NCBI GenBank assembly: GCA_963779685.1
Contig: CAVZZG010000001.1
Location: 748,102 to 812,101 of the forward strand
DNA length: 64,000 nucleotides
Reading direction: 5' to 3'
Origin: an uncultured Actinomycetes bacterium
GTDB taxonomy: Bacteria; Actinomycetota; Thermoleophilia; Gaiellales; F1-60-MAGs149
Below the pieces are notes generated by a model that saw only the letters and a program-made list of their open reading frames with translations, was not told where the DNA came from and ran no database searches. The position numbers and the translations under genes were made by a program. Positions within the stretch are counted from its first letter, which is position 1; every line of letters starts with the position of its first letter. Positions 50,094-57,961 of this stretch are shown here, piece after piece.

Positions 50094-51178
50094 TCATGGC
50101 GACGGTCGGAACCCGTACCCTCACCTACTCCGAGGCCGTGAACGAGGCGCTGCGGATCGCGATGCGCCAGGACTCGAACGTGATCCTGCTGGGTGAGGAC
50201 ATCGCCGGCGGGGCGGGCGTCGACCACCTCGTCAACGACGAGGCCTGGGGCGGCGCGCTGGGCGTGACCAAGGGCCTCGTGCAGGAGTTCGGCCGCGAGC
50301 GCGTGCTCGACACGCCGATCACCGAGTCGGGTTTCATCGGCGCCGCCGTCGGTGCCGCGGCCACCGGGCTGCGCCCGGTCGCCGAGCTGATGTTCGTCGA
50401 CTTCTTCGGCGTCTGCATGGATCAGATCTTCGACCAGGGCGCGAAGCTGCGGTACATGTTCGGCGGCAAGGCGCGCTGCCCGCTGGTGATCCGCACGACC
50501 ATCGGCGCGGGCCTGAACGCCGCCGCCCAGCACTCCGGCTGCCACTACTCGGTCTTCACCCACATGCCGGGCGTCAAGACGGTGGCGCCGTCCACGCCGG
50601 CCGACGTCAAGGGCCTCTTGCTGGCAGCGATCCGCGACGACGACCTGGTGATGTTCTTCGAGCACAAGCTGCTGTACGGCATGCGGGGCGAGGTGCCCGA
50701 GGGCGACGAGGCGATCCCGCTCGGGGTGGCCGACATCAAGCGGGCCGGCGACGACGTGACGATCGTCGCCATCAGCCGGATGGTGCATCACGCGCTGGAG
50801 GCCGCCGACCAGCTGGCGGCAGAGGGGATCGAGGCGGAGGTGGTCGATCCCCGCACGCTGTCGCCGCTCGACAGCGACACCATCCTCGAGTCGGTTGCGA
50901 AGACGCACCGGCTGGTGATCGTCGACGAGGACAACCCGCTCTGCAGCGTCGCCACGACGATCGCGGCGGTGGTCGCGGACGAGGGCTTCGACAGCCTCGA
51001 CGCGCCCATCAAGTGCATCCACGCGCCCCACTCGCCGGTGCCGTTCAGCCCGCCGCTCGAGCAGGAGTACATCCCGAGCCCGGAGCGGATCGCCGACGAC
51101 CGTCCGGGGCATCGTCTAGCCCCGGACGGCGAACGCCGCGCATGCCGATCCTCGTCAAGATGCCGAAGTGGGGCCTGA
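50090..51178 (+). CDS. acoB: E1 beta subunit. The 3' end is probably altered by one extra base at about 51101.
   Basis: ATGA overlap with E1 alpha. Contains VLDTPITESGFIGAAVGAA, GAGLNAAAQHS and PLDSDTILESV. As written, the tail is Arg/Ser-rich and overlaps acoC. Removing one C gives ...IADDVRGIV and a stop at 51117-51119. Confidence 0.8.
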   Translation: MIMATVGTRTLTYSEAVNEALRIAMRQDSNVILLGEDIAGGAGVDHLVNDEAWGGALGVTKGLVQEFGRERVLDTPITESGFIGAAVGAAATGLRPVAELMFVDFFGVCMDQIFDQGAKLRYMFGGKARCPLVIRTTIGAGLNAAAQHSGCHYSVFTHMPGVKTVAPSTPADVKGLLLAAIRDDDLVMFFEHKLLYGMRGEVPEGDEAIPLGVADIKRAGDDVTIVAISRMVHHALEAADQLAAEGIEAEVVDPRTLSPLDSDTILESVAKTHRLVIVDEDNPLCSVATTIAAVVADEGFDSLDAPIKCIHAPHSPVPFSPPLEQEYIPSPERIADDRPGHRLAPDGERRACRSSSRCRSGA

Positions 51179-52449
51179 TGATGAAGGCCGGCACCGTGAC
51201 CGAGTGGTTGCGGGCCGAGGGCGACAGCGTCACGGCCGGAGAACCGCTGTTCGTCGTCGAGACCGACAAGGCCATCAACGACGTCGAGGCACCCGGCGAC
51301 GGCGTGCTGCGCCGGATCGTCGCCGTCCAGGGTGAGCTCGTGGCCGTGACCGGGGCGGTGGCCGTGATCGCCGCGCCCGGCGAGGCGCTCGACGACGACG
51401 CCGTGGACGCGTTCCTCGCGGCCCAGACCGTGGCCCGCGCGCCGGCGGCCGGTGCCGCAGCAACCAGCCGGCCGGCGCGCGCGCCCCGTTCGGCCGACCG
51501 CTCCGCCGACGGCCGCATCACGGCCTCGCCGGCTGCGCGCAAGCGGGCCCGCGAGCTCGGCCTCGACCTCGCCGCGATCACCGCCACTGGCTCGGACGGG
51601 CGCATCACCAGCGACGACGTGGAGCGCGCGGCGGCCGGGGGCGGCGAGCCGGAGCCCCGCGAGGAGCTCGTGACGATCGACGACGGCGTGCGCATCTACG
51701 CGCTGTCGGCGGGCCCACCGACCGCTCCCGCGATCGTGTTCATCCACGGCATCGGCGGCTCCACGGCCACCTGGGCCGGGGTGATCGGATCGTTTGCCGC
51801 AACCCACCACGTGGTCGCGATCGATCTGCCCGGCCATGGCCAGAGCGACATCCCCGACCCGGCCGGCCACGACTACAGCGTCGCCGGGCTGGCCCGGTCG
51901 GTGATCGAGGCCCTGGCCCAGCTGCGGCTCGAGCGGGTGACGGTGGTCGGGCACTCGCTGGGCGGGGCGATCGCGATCGGCGTGGCGATAGCGGCACCCG
52001 ATCGGGTGGCGAGGCTGGTGCTGGTCGACAGCACGGGTCTCGGGCCGGACGTCAACCCGGACGTGGCCGTGCTGCTGTCGACGCCACCCAGCGACGCCGC
52101 GTCGCGGGCCCTGCTCGAGCTGTTCTTCGCCGACCAGCGCCTGGTGCTCGATGCCGGGGTGGCCGAGCACCGCGCCGCCCTGGAGCGGCCCGGGGCCCAC
52201 GCCGCCGTGCGTGCGATCAGCGCCGGCGCCTTCGGGGAGGCGCAGCTCGCGGCGGTGACGCAGCCGGCGCTCGTCATCTGGGGCGCCGAGGATCGTGTCG
52301 TCCCGGTCGCCCACGCCGAGCTCGCCACATCGGCGATCGCCGACGTCGAGGTCGCGGTCATCGCCGGTGCCGGGCACGCGCCGCAGGTCGAGACGCCGGA
52401 CGCCTTCACGGCCATCCTGGCGGGCTTCCTCGCCCGCCTCGACGGTTGA
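51142..52449 (+). CDS. acoC: AcoC-type E2-like subunit: lipoyl domain + E3-binding domain + alpha/beta-hydrolase fold
   Basis: Opens MPILVKMPKWGLMMKAGTV, with lipoyl-lysine VVETDKAINDVEAP. The PSBD is ITASPAARKRARELGLDL. The hydrolase part contains VFIHGIGGS and GHSLGG. Confidence 0.85.
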   Translation: MPILVKMPKWGLMMKAGTVTEWLRAEGDSVTAGEPLFVVETDKAINDVEAPGDGVLRRIVAVQGELVAVTGAVAVIAAPGEALDDDAVDAFLAAQTVARAPAAGAAATSRPARAPRSADRSADGRITASPAARKRARELGLDLAAITATGSDGRITSDDVERAAAGGGEPEPREELVTIDDGVRIYALSAGPPTAPAIVFIHGIGGSTATWAGVIGSFAATHHVVAIDLPGHGQSDIPDPAGHDYSVAGLARSVIEALAQLRLERVTVVGHSLGGAIAIGVAIAAPDRVARLVLVDSTGLGPDVNPDVAVLLSTPPSDAASRALLELFFADQRLVLDAGVAEHRAALERPGAHAAVRAISAGAFGEAQLAAVTQPALVIWGAEDRVVPVAHAELATSAIADVEVAVIAGAGHAPQVETPDAFTAILAGFLARLDG

Positions 52450-53291
52450 CCCGTCTGCTGCTCGCGACCTGCGCGGCCCTGCCCGACCTGACCGCGGACG
52501 ACCGGCTGCTGGCCGCGGCCCTCGAGCGCCGCGGCGCGGTGGTGGCGCCAGCCGACTGGCGTGATGGGGCGGTCGACTGGGACGCCGCCGACCTGGTCGT
52601 GATCCGCTCGCCGTGGGACTACGCCGAGCACGTCGACGAGTTCCTGGTGTGGCTTCGGCGGGTGGAGCGTCTGCTGCACCCGGCCCGTCTGGTGCGGTGG
52701 AACGCCCACAAGCGCTACCTGCTGGAGCTGGAGGCGGCCGGCGTCCCGATCGTGCCGACGGAGCTCGTCGAACGGGCCACGGCCCCTGACCTCGAGCAGA
52801 CCATGCGTCGGCGGGGCTGGGCGGATGCCGTCGTCAAACCGGCGGTCGGCGGATCCTCGCGCGCGACGGTGCAGGTGGGGCGGGTGGGGCTGGCCGCGGC
52901 CCGGAAGCACCTGCGGGCGCTGGTGGAGGCCGAGGATGCGCTGCTGCAGGAGTTCTTGCCGGCGGTGCTGACCGACGGCGAGGTGTCGTTGATCTTCCTC
53001 GGCGGGCGCTTCAGCCACGCGGTGCGAAAGCGCGCTGCCCCCGGCGACTGGCGGGTGCAGAGCGACTTCGGCGGCACGGTCGAGGGCGTCGAGCCACAAC
53101 CCGCCGCGCTTCGCGTGGCCGAGCAGGCCCACGAGGCGATTCCGGGCAGGCCGGTGTTCGCGCGCGTCGACCTGCTCGGCGGGGACGGGCGGCCGCTCGT
53201 ACTGGAATGCGAGCTGATCGATCCGGAGCTGTTCCTCGGCATCGGCGGCGGCGCTGCGGACGAGCTGGCCGCGCTCATCCTCTCGGGCTAG
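52446..53291 (+). CDS. ATP-grasp (RimK/glutathione-synthetase-like) domain protein
   Basis: TTG start overlapping the acoC stop. 281 aa. Contains VVKPAVGGSSRAT, LLQEFLP and the RVDLL...ECELIDPELF pattern. Confidence 0.7.
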   Translation: MTRLLLATCAALPDLTADDRLLAAALERRGAVVAPADWRDGAVDWDAADLVVIRSPWDYAEHVDEFLVWLRRVERLLHPARLVRWNAHKRYLLELEAAGVPIVPTELVERATAPDLEQTMRRRGWADAVVKPAVGGSSRATVQVGRVGLAAARKHLRALVEAEDALLQEFLPAVLTDGEVSLIFLGGRFSHAVRKRAAPGDWRVQSDFGGTVEGVEPQPAALRVAEQAHEAIPGRPVFARVDLLGGDGRPLVLECELIDPELFLGIGGGAADELAALILSG

Positions 53292-53752
53292 TCCTCGCCC
53301 TCCCAGTACTCGAGCATGGGGCCAGGGCGGCTCAGCAGCAGTCGTTCGCCGTTCGCGTCCCGCGCGCCGACCTTGCCACTGTCGAGGTACTCGACGATCT
53401 CCGGCGCGATCATGGTCGAGAGCATCAGCACCCGGATCGGCTCGGCAGTGCCGTTCGAGATCTGGTGCGCGCCGTCGCCGCCGCGCCTGAAGCAGACGAC
53501 GTCGCCCTCGCGCAGCACCTGCTCGCCCTCGGGCGTGCGCAGCGTCGGCGCGCCGCGCACGACGATCACCCACTCCTCGTTGGCGTGGTGGGTGTGGTAC
53601 GGCCACAGACGGTCGCCCGGCTCGAGCTCGTACAGGCTGCCACCGATCAGCTCCGCGTCGATCCGCTGTCCCACCCAGCCATCCTTGCTGCGCCAGCCCG
53701 GGCGATCTTCGCGGCGGTCCCATTCCTCGCCGTGCAGGTTGTAGATCTTCAT
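53288..53752 (-). CDS. Cupin-domain protein
   Basis: ATG 53752. 154 aa. Contains PYHTHHANEEWVIVVRGAP and GDVVCFRRGGDGAHQISN. Confidence 0.8.
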   Translation of the reverse strand: MKIYNLHGEEWDRREDRPGWRSKDGWVGQRIDAELIGGSLYELEPGDRLWPYHTHHANEEWVIVVRGAPTLRTPEGEQVLREGDVVCFRRGGDGAHQISNGTAEPIRVLMLSTMIAPEIVEYLDSGKVGARDANGERLLLSRPGPMLEYWEGED

Positions 53753-53925
53753 GCCGCGGAGCTTACGGCGTCGCCGCCGTATCGGCAGTGCCGTTCGTAG
53801 ACTGCGGACATGGCCTTTCCGCCCGGCTGGGACCCGCGCGACCGGTGGACGCTGCGCTTCGTCGACCTGGAGTTCGAGCGCGCCCTCGACCGGCTCGGCC
53901 TGCGGGACGGGGGGAGGTAGCCTGC

Positions 53926-56900
53926 GTGGACTGGGTCGGCGGCACCTACACCTTCTCGCCGAGCGATCTGTCGACGCTGCTCGGCTGCGCGCACGCCTCC
54001 GCCCTGTCGCGGGCGGCGGCGCGGGGTGAGCGGCCCAGGCCACCCCACGCGGGTGCGTACGGGCAGCTGATCCAGCAGAAGGGCAACGAGCACGAGGCGG
54101 CCTACAAGCTGGCACTCGAGCAGGCCGGGCGCGAGGTGGTCGAGGTCGGGCTCGGGTCGGGCTGGCCGTCAGGTGCCGCCCGCACCGCCGGGCTGATGCG
54201 GGCCGGCTGCGAGGTGATCTACCAGGCCGTGTTCACGGTCGACGGCTGGCGCGGCCTGGCGGACTTCGTCGAGCGGGTGTCAGACCCCTCGCCGCTGGGC
54301 GACTGGTCGTACGAGGCCGTCGACACCAAGCTCGCCCGGGAGGAGGCGAAGCCCGCCCACGCCCTGCAGTTGTGCTTCTACTCGCGCGGCATCGCGGAGG
54401 TACAGGGTCAGGCGCCGCGCCGGGCCCACCTGGTGCTGGGCTCCGGACGGCGCGAGACGCTGCGGCCGGCCGAGATCGCTGCCTACTTCCGCCGCGCCCA
54501 GGCGGGGATGGCGCGGGCCGCCGCCCGTGATCTGCCGACCGAGCCGTACCCGTGCGACGCCTGCACCTTCTGCGGCTTCCGCACCGAGTGCGAGACGGGC
54601 TGGCGGGCGAGCGATCACCTGTCGCTGGTGGCGGGCGTCAGCCATGCGCAGTTCGACCGGCTGCGGGCCGCGGGGGTCGGCACGCGGACGGAACTGGGCA
54701 TGCTCCGCCCCGAGGCGAGGGTGCCCGACCTGCGCGCTGCGACCCTCGTCGGGTTGCGCGACCAGGCGAGGCTGCAGGTGGCCGCCGACACCGCGGCGGA
54801 GATCCCGTACGAGTGGCTGCCGCCGGCGGCCGGTCGCGGTCTGGCGCGGCTGCCGGCGCCGTCGGCGGGCGACGTCATGTTCGACATTGAGGGCGACCCG
54901 TACTTCACGGCCGCCGGCGACCTGACATTCCTGTTCGGGCTGGTGCTGGCCGTGCCCGGCGGTTGGGAGTACCGGGCGATCTGGGCCCATGATGCCGACC
55001 AGGAGCGAGCTGCGTTCGAGCAGCTGGTCGATCTCCTGACGGCCCGCCTGGCGCAGTTTCCGGACATGCACGTCTACCACTACAGCCCGGCCGAGACGAG
55101 CGTCGTGAAGCGGCTGATGATGCGCCACGCCACTCGTGAGGCGGCGGTCGACCACCTGCTGCGAAACGAGGTGTTCGTCGACCTCTTCGGCATCGTCCGC
55201 CAGGGCCTTCGGGCCGGCGTGGAGAGCTACGGCCTGAAGCAGATCGAGCGCCTGGCCGGGTTCGTTCGCAGCCCCGGCGTCAGCGGCGGCGCCGACGCGG
55301 TGCTCGGCTACGAGCGCTGGCGCGGCAGCCAGGAGCAGGCGGAGCTGGACGCGATCGCGGCCTACAACGCCGAGGACTGCGAGGCCACCCGCGTGCTGCG
55401 CGACTGGCTCGTCGCCCACCGGCCGTCGGAGCTGCCCGAGCCCGAGCCGTCCGACGTGCGGGAGCGCTCGCCCGAGGCGATCGAGCGCGAGCGGGTGGTG
55501 GAGGAGCTGCGCGCGTCGCTGGCAGACGGTGAGGAGCCCGGCTCGTGGCGGTGGCTCGCCGGCGAGCTGCTGCTCTACCACCAGCGCGAGCAGCGACCCG
55601 CGTGGTGGGGCTACTTCGCCCGCCAGGGCATGTCGAGCGAGGAGCTGGCCGCCGATGACAGCGAGGCCATGGGCGGCCTCCAGCCTGCGGGCCCGCCGGT
55701 GAAGGTGACGTCGAACTGGGAGCGGACGTTCCGCTTCCCTGCCCAGCGCCACAAGCTGGCGGCGGGGGACAGGGCGCTGATCGACGACGGCAGGCAGGTC
55801 GTGATCGGCGCACTCGACGACGATGCTGGTGCCGTGACGCTGCTCGCGCGGCTGCTCGAGCACGAAATCCCCACGGCGCTGCGCCCCGGCCCGCCGATCG
55901 ACAACCACCCCCAGCGCGCGGCGCTGATGCGGATCGCGACGTCGATCCGCGACGGCACAGCCGCCTACCCGGCGCTCGAGGCCATTCTCCGCCGCGACGC
56001 GCCGCGCATCGTTGGCGTCGCGACCGGCGCCTCGATCCAGACCACCGCGCTGCGGGAGCAACAGGCCCTCGCGCGCGGCCTCGATCGATCGTGTCTGCTG
56101 GTGCAGGGCCCGCCCGGCACCGGCAAGACCTGGACGGGCGCGCGGCTGATCGTCGACCTGCTCGAGGCCGGTAAGCGGGTCGGGGTGACCGCGTTGTCGC
56201 ACCGCGCGATCAACAATCTGCTCCAGGCGGTGGTGGAGGCCGCCGCCGAGCGGAACAGGGTGTTCCACGGGGCGCGCAAGGTAAACGAGAACCCCGAGAG
56301 TCGCATGCGGGACGGCTCGTGGATCGAGAACGTGGACGACGGCAAGGCGCTGCTGGCCGGCGGCTACCAGCTGGTGGCCGGCACGACCTGGGCGTTCGCC
56401 CCGGACGTCTGGGATGGCGAGCTCGACTACCTCGTGATCGACGAGGCCGGCCAGCTGTCGCTGGCCGACGCGATCGCGGCCGGCACCGCGGCATCCAACC
56501 TGGTCCTGCTCGGTGACCCGCTGCAGCTGCCTCAGGTGTCGCAGGCGACCCACCCGGAGGGCACGAACGCCAGCGTGCTCGAGCACCTGCTGGGCGACGA
56601 CGCCACCGTCCGCCCCGAACGGGGCCTGTTCCTCGAGACGACATGGCGCATGCACCCCGACGTGTGCTCGTTCGTGTCGGACGAGGTGTACGAGGGGCGT
56701 CTGAAGTCGCTCGAGGCGTGCGCGAGCCAGAACACCGGCGCCGGCACCGGCCTGCGTTTCCTCGCCGTCGAGCACGCCGGCAACAGCGACCAGAGCCGTC
56801 AGGAGGCCGACGCGATCGGCGCCTTCCTGGACGACCTCATCGGCCGGTCCTACACCGACATGAGCGGCTCCACCCGGTCGCTGACGCGGGCCGACGTGAT

Positions 56901-57231
56901 GGTGGTCGCACCCTACAACGCGCAGGTGCGCCTGCTCCTCCACACGCTGGGGCCGGGCGTACGGGTCGGCACGGTCGACAGGTTCCAGGGCCAGGAGGCA
57001 CCGGTTGTGGTGTTCTCGATGGCGACCTCGAGCGGCGCCGACATCCCCCGCAACGTGGCATTCCTGTTCAGCCGCAATCGCCTCAACGTCGCGGTCAGCC
57101 GCGCCCGCTGCCTGGCCGTGCTGTGCTGCTCGCCGGCGCTGCTCGATACCCCGGCCCGCACCATCGACGACATGCGGTTGATCTCCACCCTGTGCGCCCT
57201 CGTGGAACGGGCCGGGGCGCCGGTCGCGTAA
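53926..57231 (+). CDS. Three-module fusion: Cas4/RecB-like PD-(D/E)XK nuclease with 4-Cys cluster (TM0106-type) + RNase H-fold 3'-5' exonuclease-like domain + SF1 (DNA2/NAM7-like) helicase
   Basis: GGGAGG RBS before GTG 53926. The nuclease part has ADFVERV, EAVDTKL and CDACTFCGFRTEC. The exonuclease-like part has VMFDIEGDP and YNAEDCEAT. The helicase part has GPPGTGKT, VIDEAGQLS, GDPLQLPQV, VDRFQGQE and LNVAVSRAR. Confidence 0.85.
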   Translation: MDWVGGTYTFSPSDLSTLLGCAHASALSRAAARGERPRPPHAGAYGQLIQQKGNEHEAAYKLALEQAGREVVEVGLGSGWPSGAARTAGLMRAGCEVIYQAVFTVDGWRGLADFVERVSDPSPLGDWSYEAVDTKLAREEAKPAHALQLCFYSRGIAEVQGQAPRRAHLVLGSGRRETLRPAEIAAYFRRAQAGMARAAARDLPTEPYPCDACTFCGFRTECETGWRASDHLSLVAGVSHAQFDRLRAAGVGTRTELGMLRPEARVPDLRAATLVGLRDQARLQVAADTAAEIPYEWLPPAAGRGLARLPAPSAGDVMFDIEGDPYFTAAGDLTFLFGLVLAVPGGWEYRAIWAHDADQERAAFEQLVDLLTARLAQFPDMHVYHYSPAETSVVKRLMMRHATREAAVDHLLRNEVFVDLFGIVRQGLRAGVESYGLKQIERLAGFVRSPGVSGGADAVLGYERWRGSQEQAELDAIAAYNAEDCEATRVLRDWLVAHRPSELPEPEPSDVRERSPEAIERERVVEELRASLADGEEPGSWRWLAGELLLYHQREQRPAWWGYFARQGMSSEELAADDSEAMGGLQPAGPPVKVTSNWERTFRFPAQRHKLAAGDRALIDDGRQVVIGALDDDAGAVTLLARLLEHEIPTALRPGPPIDNHPQRAALMRIATSIRDGTAAYPALEAILRRDAPRIVGVATGASIQTTALREQQALARGLDRSCLLVQGPPGTGKTWTGARLIVDLLEAGKRVGVTALSHRAINNLLQAVVEAAAERNRVFHGARKVNENPESRMRDGSWIENVDDGKALLAGGYQLVAGTTWAFAPDVWDGELDYLVIDEAGQLSLADAIAAGTAASNLVLLGDPLQLPQVSQATHPEGTNASVLEHLLGDDATVRPERGLFLETTWRMHPDVCSFVSDEVYEGRLKSLEACASQNTGAGTGLRFLAVEHAGNSDQSRQEADAIGAFLDDLIGRSYTDMSGSTRSLTRADVMVVAPYNAQVRLLLHTLGPGVRVGTVDRFQGQEAPVVVFSMATSSGADIPRNVAFLFSRNRLNVAVSRARCLAVLCCSPALLDTPARTIDDMRLISTLCALVERAGAPVA

Positions 57232-57522
57232 TACCCGGGCCAGGCGGCGTCCGAGCTCGCCGGCACCCCCGGCCGGGCCGTCGGCGGAGGACCGATGGTC
57301 GGCCCGGCGGGGGGAGGAGAGGAGCAGCCCGAGGGCTGCGATGAGGGGTCAAGTGGGACAGGGCGGACGGTGGCGTGTCGACAACGGTCGGTGGCGACGC
57401 TCAACCCGCACGCAACGACGCCTCAACCGATTCCCGCCCGGCAGGCCCACCTTCCGCGACGCGGCGGTCGGGCAAGGCGCGTGGTTTGTCTCAAGAGGTG
57501 GGCTTTGCAAGCCGATCTTGGC

Positions 57523-57960
57523 ATGGTGGCGACGTCGCTCTCCCGACGTGCGCGAGTTGCCGGCGTCCTGTTGACGGCGGCACTGGCCGCCTGCGCCGGT
57601 CATTCGGCGCCGAAGGCGGCTGGGGGCCCGGTGGTGGCGGTGGAGGAGAAGGACTTCGTGATCGTCGCGCCGGCGCGGCTCCCGGCCGGCGACGTGACGC
57701 TCACCGTCCTGAACCAGGGCCCGGTGCGGCACGAGCTGATCATCGTGCGCTCGGTAGCCGGGACGCTGCCGCTTCGCTCCGATGGCACCACCGCGAACGA
57801 GGAGGCGCTTGCGCCCGTTACGGTCGAGGCCCTCGAGCCGGCTCCCGCGGGTGCCTTCCGCCAGGCCCACCTGCACCTCGCGCCCGGCATCTACGAGCTG
57901 TTCTGCAACATGGACGGGCACTACCGGGCCGGGATGCACACCCAGCTGACGGTGTACTGA
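57523..57960 (+). CDS. Cupredoxin-like lipoprotein with type-1 copper ligand pattern
   Basis: ATG 57523 opens MVATSLSRRARVAGVLLTAALAACAG (lipobox). Putative ligands are the His in VRHELII and the C-x4-H-x4-M in FCNMDGHYRAGMH. Confidence 0.7.
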   Translation: MVATSLSRRARVAGVLLTAALAACAGHSAPKAAGGPVVAVEEKDFVIVAPARLPAGDVTLTVLNQGPVRHELIIVRSVAGTLPLRSDGTTANEEALAPVTVEALEPAPAGAFRQAHLHLAPGIYELFCNMDGHYRAGMHTQLTVY

Positions 57961-57961
57961 G

